DNA of 64,000 nucleotides from Octopus vulgaris (GCA_951406725.2 OX597836.1:28396001-28460000); one strand, 5' to 3'. Counted from the first letter of the stretch, positions 44,936 to 59,307 are shown. Numbers and translations: made by a program. Notes: generated by a model not told the origin, from the letters alone.

Positions 44936-47779
44936 TATATATGTAAAAATTAAATTATATATTTTGTACTTCATTGTGTTTTGCTATGTGTCAGCTTCCC
45001 CATGAGAGTTGATCTATGATTTACTTGAGGACTGATCTGGGTCTTAATCATGGGCCTGCTGAATTAGGTTTGCTAACCTGAGATTTGAAAACTGATGTAC
45101 TGGATCAGGGCTGACTTTGGACTAAACAGCTACAAATTACAACAAACTATACTTCAAGAGGTTTGTCGTTATGGATGTTGGTGAATGTCCTACAGTGAAT
45201 TAAGCTATATTTAGATGTGTATATGAAACCATATACAATATGATATATTTAATAAGTATAATTAGTGTTGCTGTGAAAATATACTGTGAACAGGTCACAG
45301 AAGTCATGTTTATCCAACAGATATAAATATCATTTAAAGTGATATAAGAAAAAAATAATTACATGTGGTGTTCTACCAAATGTATTTCATATTTTTATTT
45401 CAAATTAATGACTAAGCAGATATTTCTAGAAAATGACTTGTAAGGAAAAAGATAATTATAATAAACAAGTCATGATAGATATCTAAGTAACCATGAAACC
45501 TATCTGTTGTGCAACAAAAGCTAGGAACTGCTGCCTTATACTATTTTGGCCGTTTGAGCCCTGAGCTCAACTCTTACTGAATGAACTGTCTTTCATTTCT
45601 TCAAGGTTGAGCCATAAAGTTTACAGTTTTAGTTCACCATTTCAAAGTGGTAGATTAGTTGAACTGGTGAACCAGTGATGCCTTGCAGAGTATATTGGTC
45701 TGGTTAAATGAGATGGTATTTGTTCTGGCTTAGTGCATTCCGAGTTTCAGTCCTGCCTCTTGACATTGTGAAACTGAAAGGATGAATGAATGGGGATGTT
45801 AATATCTATCGCCTGTTACTCTCAACACCCGTATACCAGTTGGTAAGAGACGACACATTTTCAAACCTGTAGTCTCTCTCTATCTCTCTCTATATATAAA
45901 TATATACATACATAAATCTCTCTCTCTTTATATTTCATTAATTGCGCAGTTAAGCTCAAATAACGTGAAAACGGTCATTTTCTTTTCTTTTCGTCGCCGT
46001 AATACGAAAACATTTGCAAATGAGAGGCATCAGTAACCTTACTGACGCCAATGTTTATATGTACTGATGACATATTTTGAATATTTCTAAACAAAGCATA
46101 TTTCATTCCAGTATTTAACCAGCTAGTGGGAAGAGATAATTATTGAAAGAGGAAGGAAAAAAGAGAGAGACAGAGAGACACTTATTGTCATTTCAAAATG
46201 GGATGGGCGACAACAGTTGACATATATACATACACATATATATATATTTATATCTACGTTTGTCTCAGGATGTATGTATGTGTATATATATATATACACA
46301 TAAGTAGGTACGAATGTAATCGCGTGATTAAAGTAAAATGCGTATATTTAGAGGACATGGATCTCGAGTTATCGCCCCTGTGCGAGCTCTCTGCTGTTAT
46401 TTACAATTCTTTGAAGCTTCCTGAACAGAAAGTGATCAATGGTAGGCATATAGTGATTTACCACCGCCAGAAACACAGCATTCAACCAGCTTTGCACGGT
46501 AAATAACACACACGCAACGCAACACACATATACCTATATGTGTGTGTACACGTCTGTGTATTGACATATATATATATATGTACATACATACATGTATGTG
46601 TGTGTATACGTGTGTCTATACATATATTTAATTTCATTTGTAAACGCAATACGATGTCGGAATTCTTTGCGACTTAAAATATTTGTTTGTATCTACGTGT
46701 ATATATATATGATTTCTCATTCTAAAGAAATGTTGTGTGTGTCTATGTCGTTTCGCTTCATAACAAATGTACGTCTTCACAGCTCTCTCCAAAATGAAAT
46801 GTATTCGTGTCTACTTCGTCTTCTAAACAAGTGCATGTTTGATATATGTCTATATGTCGTTTATCTATCTTCTTGAGAATTACTGTGTCCATGTCGTTTT
46901 GCTCCATAACAACTGTATGCCTTTGTAGTTTCTCTACAAAACAACTATGTCTCTGAATGGTCTTCTAAACAAGTATTTGATATTTGGTCTCTTGTTCGAA
47001 ACCGTGTGTATGTATGGTGTTTATCGCCTCCGAAATAAATGTTTGCGTCTATCGCCTTTCCTCCTTGAAGCAAGTCTCTGTGTGGTTCCATGTCTTCCGT
47101 TCTATGACTTTAATATGTGGATGGACTCAAGAGCGACACACACACACTTGATGGCGTTGTATTTTTATTCGCTGTCCATTTACACCAGTCTTAGAGTACG
47201 GAGGTCGATTTACACTGTTACACCTCCCCTAAATTTGTGGCCTTGTTCGTAATTTAAAAGTCGATAACATTTAGTAACATGTTTTCGATAATGTTTTGGT
47301 TGAATTATTGTGCGTGTCACACACACATGCGATGTCTTGTATATAGAGTTTCCTTTTAAACAAGTATTTTGCGTGCACTGGTTTGTTACATAGTGCATAT
47401 AATGTGTGTGTGGGTATATATATGTACATACATACATACATACACATCTCAATTTAGTCACCACGTGTGTCTTTTTGGTTTTGTGTCTTTTACGTATTTT
47501 ACTAATTTCGTGTCTCTGTGTGTGACGACATCTCTGAACGTAGTAATTTTAGTGGTCGGAACATTTGGATACTTAAATTAGAACCTTGTGGCTGTAAACT
47601 GCTGCAGCATGAGCCATACACGAATTGGTTGTATTCACACACCACACTGTACACAAGACAAACACTTGGAGCTAATGCTAGATATAACAACCAAATCTCC
47701 TCCAAGTCACTCTACTTCCTTGAAGGAAGAAGAAGAAAAAAAGCTGTACATTCAATAGATAATATTTACAAAATGATAT

Positions 47780-48340
47780 TGAGTACCTTTGATCATTGTT
47801 CTTCAGTCAAAGGTTGGCCTAGGGTTAAACAACAGTACATGAGCGTTTGGACCAGAAAGGCCACATACGTAGTTGAAAGGGATGCACACAGTTTGCCTCA
47901 ATTAAACCCAGCTCGACACGATCATTCGTGCCAATTTCTTAAATAGCTCCATCCTATTTGTTGCTTTACATAAGTGAGGAAGGAAAACATCCGGTTATAA
48001 CATACAGAGCCATGAAAAGATCAATGCTAGGAATATCATTGTGAGAGCGTATCGAACACGGACTAATTCGAAAACAGTGGAGTGAACGATGTGTTCATGG
48101 AATGACCTATAATAAATAGCACAAGTGTAGCTGGGTCGGGTATGTTTCCAGGCTCATAAACAACAGACAGACCCGAGCAGTTGTTGAGTGGTATCTTAGA
48201 GATTGGAAGAGACAATTTGTAAGGCTTCTGAGACAAGGAAGACGACATAATTAAAAAAAAAAAGAAGTTCAGGGCCAAATTTAAGGGACGGATAATCAAG
48301 AGAAGAATGGAAACGTGTATAGGGGCATCTGATAGTCTGA
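47780..48340 (+). mobile_element. Very degenerate RTE-clade LINE remnant
   Basis: SMLGISL*ERI and VVEWYLRDWKR fragments resemble RTE C-terminal motifs. Confidence 0.4.
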
Positions 48341-49243
48341 TTGAGAGAAAGATCGAAAAATTCCAAGCTTAGGGTAAAAGAAAATCCAGGAGGTTCAGTT
48401 AATGATGATTTTATTCAACACATTCCTTCTTTCAGATTCACACACTTATTGCAGCAGTCCTTCAGTTTTTCTAAGCTGTGTAAAAGAACTAGGGCCTCCA
48501 ACTGGGACTTTCGCAATACCCTTAAAGCCAGGGACTTTTCAGCACATCCTCATATATATATATATATATATAGGCACGTAAAAAGCACCCACTACATTCA
48601 CAGAGTGGTTGGCGTTAGGAAGGGCATCCAGCTGTAGAAACATTGCCAGATAAGACCGGAGCCTGGTGCAGCCTCCTGGCTTCCCAGATCCCCGGTCGAA
48701 CCGTCCAACTCATGGAGAACGGACGTTAAACGATGATGATGATATATATGTGGGTATGTATGTGTCACATACACATCATCTATAAACGTCTACTTTTCCT
48801 TACTTGCATGTGTTGGATGAGATTTGTTGAGGCAAATTCTCTATGGTTGGATGCCTTTCCTGTCGCCGACCCTCACCTGTTTCCATGTGAGGTAATATTT
48901 CCTCGTGGTTGAATATGCTTTCGCAAAATATTGGAAACAAATGACACTGTTTGTATGATGGTGGCACTTGCTTTATAAACTGTCACACAATATCACGACA
49001 AAGAGAAACCTATCTGACTCTTGTAATCATGGAAAAAGTAGATGTTAAAAAGATGATGATTCCCCCGCCTCCTCTCTGTTAGGAGGCACAAGCACTTACA
49101 CGTACATACACGACGGAAACTTCCACCTACTAAAGTCAACCACAAGGCTTTGGCTGGCCCAATGCTCTAGCAGAAGACACTTGCCCAAGGTGTCACACAG
49201 TGGGACTGTACCTGAAACTATGTGCCAAGAAGCAAGCTTCCTA

Positions 49244-49301
<58 letters not shown>

Positions 49302-49719
49302 GAGGCGTGGCTGTGTGGTAAGAAGCTTGCTTCCCAACCATATGGCATGAGGTTCGAGTGGATTTGGTAGATGGAAACTGAAAGAAGCCCATCATATGTG
49401 TGTGTGTGTATATATATATATGTATGTATGTATGTGTGTGTGTGTTTGTTTGTCCCCATACCATCACTTGACAACTGATGTTGGTGTGTTTATGTCCCCA
49501 TAACTTAGCGGTTTGTCAAAAGAGACCAATAGAATAAGTATTAGGCTTACAAAGAATAAGTGCTGGGGTTGATTTGGCAGTGCTCCAGCATGGCCGCATT
49601 CAAATGACTGAAACAAACAGAATATATATAGATAAATAACTTACTGTTAATAAAAGCGCAGGTGCATTGCGTCCTGTTTCTTAATAACATTTTTTTTTAC
49701 TTATTCGTAATCTATCAAC

Positions 49720-50001
49720 ATCAATGGAATTTGTAGCTGTGATACCAGTGCCGGTGGCACGTAAGAGAACCATCCGAACGTGGCCGTAGCCAGCGCCGCC
49801 CCGACTGGTCTCCGTGCCGGTGGCACGTAAAAAGCACCCACTACACTCACAGATTGGTTGGCATTAGGAAGGGCATCCAGCTGTAGAAACACTGCCAGAT
49901 CAGACTGGGCCTGGTGCAGCCTTCTGGCTTCCCAGACCCCAGTTGAACCGTGCAACCCATGCTAGCATGGAAAGCGGACGTTAAACGATGCTGATGATGA
50001 T
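49720..50001 (+). mobile_element. RTE LINE 3'-end fragment
   Basis: Two tandem units, family core, (GAT)n tail. Confidence 0.8.
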
Positions 50002-50654
50002 GTATATAATGTTTTCACTTACACACACACACACACACACACAGCCTGGTGCCATGTAAAAAGCACTCACTATTTTCTGTTGTGGTTGACATTAGGAAAC
50101 ACTTCTACAGCTGCAGAAACCAAACCAAAGCAGATTACGGAACCTGGTGTGGCTCCTGGCCTTGCTAGCAGCTGTCACACCATGCAACCCATACTGGCAT
50201 GGAAAAACGGACGTTAAATGATGACACACGCACACCAACACACACACACATAGTCGATTGACAGATGAACCTAGACAGTACAGTTTTATTTAATTGCTAA
50301 AAGTGCACAACAGTTCAACAAGTTGTTGGTGTTATGGCATTGTGTCCTATGTATTTAAACATGTGAAAATGGACCTGAATGTAGAGTCTGTGCATTTATA
50401 CATGTGAAAATGACATTAAAAAAATATGGGATTTTTACAAGTTATGGTTTCTGTTGCTGCTGGTCGTCATCATAAAATGTGACACCAGCCTTAAGCTACG
50501 AGACTTTGCCATAAATAGAAAGTTTAACCTATTTGTGTACATAATACAACTATATCCTATCCTCAATTAATCCAGAACAATAATTATAGAGAGAACTTTA
50601 CCATCTCAGGTGGGAATGTGGTGTTCACTTTACACATTCAGAATATAAAACCTT

Positions 50655-51050
50655 GAATGTATGTGTGTGTGTGTGTGTGTATATGTATGTATAGATGTTT
50701 GTGTATATATGTAGGTATAGATGTTTGTGTATATATGTATAGATGTGTGTATATATGTATGTATAGATGTGTGTGTGTGTGTATGTATGTATAGATGTGT
50801 GTGTAGGTATAGATGTGTGTGTGTGTGTAGGTATAGATGTGTGTAGGTATAGATGTGTGTGTGTGTGTAGGTATAGATGTGTGTGTGTGTATGTAGGTAT
50901 AGATGTGTGTGTATATGTATAGAGGTGTGTTAATATATGCATGTGTAGATGTGTGTGTATATGTATGTAAAAGTGTGTGCATGTACAGGTGTGTGTGTGT
51001 GTATATCTAGATGTGTGTGATTATGTGTAGGTGTGTGTGAATATGTGTAC
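50655..51050. repeat. Compound (GT)n / GTATAGAT microsatellite-minisatellite
   Basis: Repeated AGGTATAGAT(GT)n units. Confidence 0.9.
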
Positions 51051-51069
51051 ACACAAGCACACACCTTGT

Positions 51070-51808
51070 TTCATTCATTAGACTGTGGCCATGCTGGGGC
51101 ACTGCCTTGGAGAACCTTTAGTTGAATGAATCCCCACCTCAGTTCTCATTACTTTTTATTGTCCTCCTTTGCTGAACTGCTAAATTACAGAAATATAAAC
51201 ATGCCAACAGCAGGATTGTCAATCAGTGGTGAAAGACAATCACACACACACACAGAGTTCAAAATGTAGAAAAGACTGATGTGGAGGTACAACAAAGTGT
51301 ATTAGTTTGATGCTCAGGAAAAATAGGGCATACACACACGCAAGCACACGACAGGCTTCTTTCAGTTTCCATCAACTAAATCCACTCACAAGGATTTATA
51401 TATGTGTATATATATAGGCGCAGGAGTGGCTGTGTGGTAAGTAGCTTGTTTACCAACCACATGGTTCCGGGTTCAGGCCCACTGCATGGCACCTTGGGCA
51501 AGTGTCTTCTACTATAGCCTCGGGCCGACCGAAGCCTTGTGAGTGGATTTGGTGGATGGAAACTGAAAGAAGTTTGTCGTATATATGTATATATATATAT
51601 TCGTGTGTGTGTTTATGTGTCTGTTTGTCCCCCTAGCGTTGCTTGACAAACGATGCTGGTGTGTTTATGTCCCCGTTACTTAGCGGATCGGCAAAAGAGA
51701 CCGATAGAATAAGTACTGGGCTTACAAAAGAATAAGTCCCGGGGTCGAGTTGCTCGATTAAAGGCGGTGCTCCAGCATGGCCGCAGTCAAATGACTGAAA
51801 CGAGTAAA

Positions 51809-51868
<60 letters not shown>

Positions 51869-52785
51869 GAAGGGCTTCTTTCAGTTTCTATCTACCAAAT
51901 CCACTGACGAGGCTATAGTGGAAGACACTTGCTTGAGGTGCCATGCAGTAGGACTCAACCTGGAATTGTGTGGTTGAGAAGCAAGCTTCTTCTCATGCCA
52001 CACACACATTTCTTTTTTCTCTATTCTCATTGCTTTCCTGTTTTGAACAAGTTTCTTCTGGCGCAGTGTCTTTCCGATCAGTTGAGTTCTTTGATCACCT
52101 TGCCTCTGGAGATTTGCTTTCTTCCCTTTTTTTGACTCTTCCCCTTGGATTTCCTCTTTCTTCGGTTAGGGGTGCTTGACACTTTCACCCAGCAGTCACA
52201 TGTGTCTACTATCACATTCTATTGCCCCTTTTTTGCTGAACTACCAACTTACAGGGATGTAAACACACCAACACCAAGCTTGTCAAGCAGTGGGTGGTGG
52301 TGGTGGTGGTGGGGACAAACACACACACACACACACACATATGGTTTAAAATGTAGAAAAGACAGTGACAAGTGAGGGAACACTCACTTCTGATTACTCT
52401 CTTACTTGTTTCAGTCATTTGACTGTGGCCATGCTGGAGCACTGCCTTTAGTTGAGCACATCGACCCCAGGACTTATTCTTTGTAAGCCTAGTACTTATT
52501 CTATCGGCCTCTTTTGCTGAACCGCTAAGTTACGGGGATGTAAACACACCACTATCAGTTGTCAAGCAATGTTGGGGAGACAAACATATACACACACATA
52601 TATATATACACATACATACATGCATGCATATGACAGACTTCTTTCAATTTCCGTCTACCAAATCCACTCACAAGGCTTTGGTCGGCCTGAGGCTATAGTA
52701 GAAGACATTTGCCCAAGGTGCCACGCAGTGTGACTGAACCCGGAACCATGTGGTTGGTAAGCAAGCTACTTACCACACAGCCACT
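51070..52785. mobile_element. Cluster of SINE-A copies in both orientations (full copies 51416-51810 plus, 52395-52785 minus)
   Basis: Family head, body and tail sequences repeated with internal microsatellites. Confidence 0.85.
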
Positions 52786-53548
52786 CTGCAACTTAGTTTT
52801 TCTCTCAGCTCCTCTGTTCATTCATGCTAGTCTTACACAGCCACCCAAGCAGCACTCCTCACTTACTTTTGGGACATTGTTGTTACAAGGCCTGAAATTT
52901 CAGATGAAGGTATAAGTTGATTACATTGACCTCAATGCGTAACTGGTACTTATTTTATTGGCTCTGAAAGGATGAAAGGCAAAGTCAACCTTGGTGGAAT
53001 TTGAACTCAGAACATAAAGATGAAATGCTGTTAAGTATTTTGCCCAGTGTGCTAACATTTCTGCCAGCTTACACCACCTTAATTATTATATATATAGTAC
53101 ATATAATATATATATATCATCATCATCATTTAACATCTGCTTTCCATGGGTTGGACGGTTCAACTGAGGTCTGGGAAGCCAGAAGGCTGCACCAGGCCCA
53201 GTCTGATCTGGCAGTGTTTCTACAGCTGGATGCCCTTCCAAACGCCAACCACTCCGTGAGTGTAGCGGGTGCTTTTTACGTGCCAGACGAGGCTGGCAAA
53301 CGGCCACGATCGGATGGTGCTTTTTACGTGCCTGCAAAAACACTCTTCAGACTGCAATTGTTAATAAAATAGAAATAAAATTTGAAAATTTATTCTCTCT
53401 CTACTGTCTGATACCAAATGATGCATATTCTCCCCTCTGATTCACACTCTTATTGCAGCGGTCCTTCAGTTTTTCTTAAGCCCTGTAAACGAACTCAGAA
53501 GGTTGGACCTCCAACCAGGCTTTTTGCTACACCCTTAAAACTCAAAAG

Positions 53549-53835
53549 CAGGGGTTCTCAACCATTTTTCATTATGGACCCCTTTGATTACCAACCCTAA
53601 CCCTAAATCCTTGTTTTGTTTTTCACACATTAACTTGTATAAGTTAAACCTATGTAAAATGTTGAAAGAAATTAAGCTGTTTCTTGCAATGCATGAATCT
53701 ACAGGAAATTTTTTTGGTGGGAGGCCAAAATACAATTGTGAATCCCCAATTTACTATTTTATTACATGGACCCCTAAAAATTTTATGTGGAACTGGGGGG
53801 GGGGGGGGCATATGATTCCTGGTTGTGAACCACTG
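53549..53835. mobile_element. hAT-type MITE
   Basis: CAGGGGTTCTCAACC / GGTTGTGAACCACTG TIRs; 8 bp TSD CTCAAAAG/CTCTAGAG. Confidence 0.75.
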
Positions 53836-54032
53836 CTCTAGAGCAGTCTTACTTCATTTCTTTCCAATTGTCACACAACTGCTACATTCAGTGCCATGTT
53901 ATGCTACTATGTAGCATTTCACTTTGTACATGAACCTCATAAACCTTATATAATCTGTCCTTCTTTTTGGAGAGAGGATGTCTTTATTGCCAGCAGATGT
54001 AAATGGAAGCAATCTAGGGATGTTTTTTGATA

Positions 54033-54548
54033 CAGTAGACTGCCACTAATCCAGCAACCTGTAATTCGGCACTAATTTTGGCTAGAAAAATTTCAAATTT
54101 CCCGGGTTGCTGCACCAACTGGCTGCTACAATTTGTTGGCACTACTTGCTGCATAAACACACTTGCATTATTTGTAAACAAAGGCAGGCCTTTCCAGTGT
54201 CTTTTTTTTTTTTTTTTCATCTATTATTATTATATCTTTTCCACTTCAGCCCCAATCATGGTTCCAGTGCATAAAGGAAGTGCTTCTCATAGTGCAAAGT
54301 GTAAACACCATACATTGTCCATAAAAGAAAAAGTTGAAAAAACTTGAGAGTGGTTTGTCTGAAAAGATTGTGTGAATTATACAATATTGGATCTTCAATG
54401 GTTTACGACAAAAACAAAACAAAGACCAGTTACTCTGTTTCTTTACTGACTATAAGTCAAAGAAACAATTGATAATCGCTAATCTGGCAAAATCACTAAT
54501 CTACCACTCTCCAGGTCCCAATGATGCCGGATAATCGGCAGTTAACTG
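54033..54548 (+). mobile_element. pogo/Tigger-type deletion derivative
   Basis: TA|CAGTAGACTGCC..TAATCC / GGATAATCGGCAGTTAACTG ends; KHHTLSIKEKVE..LESG..LCELYNIGSSMVYD HTH-psq remnant. Confidence 0.6.
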
Positions 54549-54605
54549 CACTTGAAATAATCTACTATGCATCCCTGTTGTATCTGATATTCACATACGT
54601 TCATA

Positions 54606-54813
54606 CAGGGTGGCCCAAAATTAGGTTTACTGTTATCATGCAGGCACTTAAAATTTCTTTTAAAACATTTTATTACATTTAAATTTCTATCTTATAACTA
54701 AATTAGCATAGAATAATGGTTTCATATATATTTATAATTAAAATCTAAACTGTTAATATATGAATGCAAAAGAGATAGTTGAATAACTGTAAACCTATTT
54801 TTGGGCCACCCTG
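54606..54813. mobile_element. Tc1/mariner-type MITE
   Basis: TA|CAGGGTGGCCCAAAATTAGGTTTAC ... GTAAACCTATTTTTGGGCCACCCTG|TA. Confidence 0.88.
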
Positions 54814-54889
54814 TATTTCTTCTCTGTTAGTCTACTGTAACACATGTATACCCTTTGCTTACATTGGACTCACTGTATGCAATGCCTTT

Positions 54890-56060
54890 TCTGCATATCA
54901 GGTATAGTCACCTTCTAGATGGCAGTAGAATGCTGCCTTCTCTCCTCTGCTTTCATGTTTGAATTGTTTTCTCCGATTCCTCAACAGATTCAGCTATTTG
55001 CACAAGGTTTTTAGCATAGAGGAGCTTCCATGGACAGCCAGTCTTTGGGCCTGGAGAACTATAATAAATGAGGAAAAGGCTGGGAACTGTTCTCTGACAG
55101 ACTCCTACCAACAGACATTAAAATCATTGTCAAACCTGTTGCCAACTGTCACGTTGATGGTGGTACTCCTTCACATGGCTCGTGCATCCCTCACAAGCCA
55201 CTCATCGAAACCCAGGTTATGCACCATGATGTTCTGTTCAAAGTCTGTACATCTGCATACAGCAGTGCTTTTCAAACTTTTTGCTGGAGCAGAACCCCAA
55301 GGAAACATTCCACTGGCTCGAGGAACCCCTGTGCAATAATATAATAGTCTTTTCCACACATATCTGCACAGGAGAATTAAAAATTACTGCCTATTTTAGC
55401 AGTTTTGTAACTTCTTGCGGAACCCCTGGACTGTACTGGCAGAACCCTGGTTGAAAACCACTGACATACAGGTACATCTATAGTGGCTATAGTTTCAGTG
55501 AGGCGTTAGTGGTGCTCCATCTTGGCACAAGAGCTGTATTTTATCTAAATTCTCTTCCTAATCAGTTGAACAATAACTCTGTTACATAACTTGGTCCACC
55601 GGTTTGATATCTCTGCAGTTGCTGCTTTCTACTACACCTCCTTTGCACCTGTACTAAATGTTGTTGTTGATGATGATGATACTGCTACACCAGTCATTGG
55701 ATAGAGCACCTCCTCATCCAACCTGATTCACTGTGCAAGTGATTTAACGTTTGGCTGAGAGTCCAACTACTTCCCTTGTCTTTCATAGCCTTAAAAAAAG
55801 TATTTGACCCATGTACAGCTATGTAGACTTCTTTAGTTAGTCTACTTTGCCTAAACTCTCTTTCTCCTTCCACACTCCCCCCCCCCTCATATACATTCTC
55901 ATCAGTCATCATTGGAAATTAGGGCAATGCACTGCCATCATTCTATACCCACATCCTGAATGCCATCAGGTATCACAGACCACCTCACATTTCTGATTCT
56001 CTTATCACTGAACACTGGCAAACCTTTTACTTACATTTCTATTCTCTTAACCCAACAGTG
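54890..56060 (-). mobile_element. Degenerate RTE LINE RT remnant containing a hAT MITE
   Basis: LGFDEWLVRDARAM, KTGCPWKLLYAKNLVQIAES and upstream PNDWCSSII-like segments. Confidence 0.7.
55263..55463. mobile_element. hAT-type MITE
   Basis: CAGTGCTTTTCAA / TTGAAAACCACTG TIRs; 8 bp TSD GCATACAG/ACATACAG. Confidence 0.85.
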
Positions 56061-56524
56061 TTCCTTTCCTCCACTTTTTCCAGGCCTGTCCTCTTTGCCT
56101 TTTATGGCTCTACTATACCATTTCATTACCCTGTTACCTTCTGTCTAGCTGGTGCCATGCTGTCTACAGATTTGGTCTGTGGCTCACTACAGGATGCTTC
56201 CCAGTTGTTTTCAGTGTCTTCTCCTCTTCCTCACCATATATGTGTCACCTAGAATCTATCTGAACCCACCATGTCTTGCAGGTGGGGCTTTCAGTTTCTA
56301 CACCTTCCTTCTGATTGTCTACTCTTTTACTTGTTTCAATTATTTGATTGTGGCCATGCTGGAACACCACCTATAGTAGAACGAATCGATTCCAGGGCTT
56401 ATTATTTGTAAGCCTAGTACTTATTCCATTGGTCTCCTTTGCCAAACCGCTAAGTTACAAGGATGTAAACACATTAACATTGGTTGTCAAGCGATGGTGT
56501 AGGGACAAACACAGACACACAAAT

Positions 56525-56561
<37 letters not shown>

Positions 56562-57050
56562 GATACAAGAATGGGTATGTAGCTTGCTTACCAACCACAT
56601 GGTTCCGGGTTCAGTTCCATTGCGTGGTACCTTGGGCAAGTGTGTTCTATAGCTTCAGGCTGACCAATTGGAAAATTGAAATGCAACTATTTTAGCATTT
56701 ATGCTCCTATCATGATGAAAGGGTAGAATAAGAAAGAATTCTATGGCACAGAGTTGTGTGGTAGAAGAATAATAAAAGAGAAATAGGAACAGAAATGTGT
56801 GAGTGGTTAGTGTGAAAGAGAAGGAGTGATTGGTAAAGGTGGTTGGATAGGTTGAGGGGTATGGGAATCCAGTGCTCTCTTTTATATATATAATAACCTC
56901 ATCATTTTATGTTTGTTTTTTATGCGGTTATGTATGGATTGAATGGTTTATTAGGTGAAGTACAAGAAGAACAGGTTTATCGTTATGAGAGAACAGTAAA
57001 GGGAATAATAAATCTCTGAATGAGGTATAAACAGTAACTGCACGACAATG

Positions 57051-57436
57051 TGAGGAATATTTGCCATCTCAACATAGCTAACCACTAAGGGTGGGTGTTA
57101 CTGTAGTGAGGAATATTTGCCATCTCAATATAGCTAACCACTAAGGGTGGCTTGTAGCCTCAGGAGAATCTGGCTTTAGGCACACTTAAAAAAAAAAAAA
57201 TTTTTTTTAAGCCAGCTGGAGCCGATGTTCTCCTGGGGCTACAAGCTACAGTAACACACCACTAAGGGTAGGTGTTACTGTAGCTTGTAGCCTCAGGAGA
57301 ACATGGCTTTAGGCACACTTTAAAAAAAAAAATTTTTTTTTTAAAGCCAGCTGGAGACGATGTTCTCCTGGGGCTACAAGCTACAGTAACACCTACCCTT
57401 AGTGGTTAGCTATGTTGAGATGGCAAATATTCCTCA
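57051..57436. repeat. Rearranged fold-back repeat with internal direct and inverted duplications
   Basis: Begins TGAGGAATATTTGCCATCTCAACATAGC and ends with its reverse complement; two (A)n(T)n centres; related to 24105-24260. Confidence 0.85.
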
Positions 57437-57851
57437 GTAAAGGGAATGTTAGGGAAGAGAAAACTAGAAGTGTCATGGGTTAGATCAGGAGAGTCAAAGT
57501 GTGATAAGAACAGTGGGGTGGGGTTGGATTGTATAGAAAATTCAGTGCTACTCCATATTATGGGTGGTAGAGTGATGCATGAGAGAGAGATGAGGATGAG
57601 GAACTGGAGTGTATTCTCAAAGTGTCATATCTAAGAAGATGAATAGAAAATGTGGTGACAGAAGACTCAGGAAAGATTGATAAGAGTTTGCAAGAATACA
57701 ATCTCTCCTCACTTAAGCATCATGGTTTTGGAAGGATAATTGGCACTGTGTTGGTTAAAACAGACAAGGGTTCCAGTTGATCCAATCAAAGGAACAGCTT
57801 GTTTGTGAAATTAACATGCAAGTGGTTGAGCACTCCACAGACACATGTACC

Positions 57852-58077
57852 TATTTCTTTACTGCCCACAAGGGGCTAAACACAGAGAGGACAAACAAGG
57901 ACAGACAAACGGTTTAAGTCGAGTGTATCGACCCCAGTGCGTAACTGGTACTTATTTAATCGACTCCGAAAGGATGAAAGGCAAAGTCGACCCCGGCGGA
58001 ATTTGAACTCAAACGTAGCGGCAGACGAAATACTGCTAAGCATTTCGACCGGCGTGCTAACGATTCTGCCAGCTCGC
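57852..58077 (-). mobile_element. tRNA-derived SINE (family B)
   Basis: Full family sequence; ~17 bp TSD CCACAGACACATGTACC. Confidence 0.88.
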
Positions 58078-58539
58078 CACAGACACATGTACCCTTAATG
58101 TAATTCTCAGGGAGATTCAGTGTGACAAGGCTGGTCCTTTGAATTACACAGGTACCACTCATTTTTGCCAGCCAAGTGAACTGGAGCGGTGTGGAATAAA
58201 TTGTCTTGCTTGAAGAGACAAAACACACTGCCAGAAATGGAACTCACAGTTTTGAAGGAGAGAAAAGAGGAGTAGCAAGAGATGGATAGTGGAGGTAGGG
58301 GCAAGGAACATTTAGTATGCACAGGTCAAGGGTTTTCCTCTCAATTGCAGGCATTGTACTTTACAGTAAGAGATGATGAGAAGGGAAGAAAAGTAAATAG
58401 CTAATGGGGATATACACTACTCCACCATTTAATGAGAACTTCACTAAACTTACAGGTAAGGTCTCCTGCAGCACCTGTATTTTCAGTCAACACAGCCCTC
58501 TGTCAAACCCTTCATCAGATGTAACATCTCGGCCTCATC

Positions 58540-58820
58540 ATTCACTACCTTGTCTTACATATTTCTGTTTCCCTCTTTTGAAGGTACCATTTATTTTGAG
58601 CACTAAGCACTTGCTTATGTAGCAGTCCCCCTCCTGCAATATATGTCCCTACCAATCACAGCCTCTGCTCTTACGCAACACATTCTACTCCCTAGTTTCT
58701 CTTGCAATGCATTCATATTTTATCGTTCATGGACACAAACATGACACATCCAGCAAAGAAGGCTTGCCTCATTTCTATCTAGTTTCCACGGGTCTGATGC
58801 ATACAAACCCACATCTTGCT
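58540..58820 (-). mobile_element. RTE LINE post-RT fragment
   Basis: KLDRNEASLLCWMCHVCVHER..ALQEKLG; homologous to the region near 28150-28220. Confidence 0.6.
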
Positions 58821-58910
58821 TCACACTTCACACACAAGCACCATACAATCTGTCATTGATTCAGCAAGAAAAAAGCCCTTTACTACCCACGCACACGCAC
58901 ACACACACAC

Positions 58911-59099
58911 ACGGGGGGTGGGGTGCTGAAAAGTTCCAGGTTTTAAGGGTTTTGCAAAGGGCCTGGTTGGAGGCCCAACCTTCTGAAGGGCTGCTGCAAT
59001 AAGTGTGTGAATCTGAGAGGGAAATATGTTCAATAAAATCATAACTGATGCCTCCTGTGTTTCCTTTTACCCAAAGCCAGGAACTTTTCAGAATACCTG
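58911..59099. mobile_element. mariner-type MITE (related fragments at ~48430-48555 and ~53425-53540)
   Basis: GGGTGCTGAAAAGTTCCAGG / CCAGGAACTTTTCAG inverted ends. Confidence 0.6.
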
Positions 59100-59104
59100 T
59101 GTGT

Positions 59105-59155
<51 letters not shown>

Positions 59156-59269
59156 ATATATATATATATGTAGGTCCCGGGTTGAGTCGGGGTTAACCAC
59201 AGTAAATAAGGTACTCAATACCTTGAATGAAACAGTTCTAGTCCTGTAGAAGCTCCTTCTATAAAATAA

Positions 59270-59307
<38 letters not shown>

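Noticed and set aside
50625-50982. His/Thr/Tyr-rich ORFs
   Set aside because: Translations of (GT)n-based microsatellite; the same applies to the many YIYI/HTHT/CVCV ORFs in SINEs.
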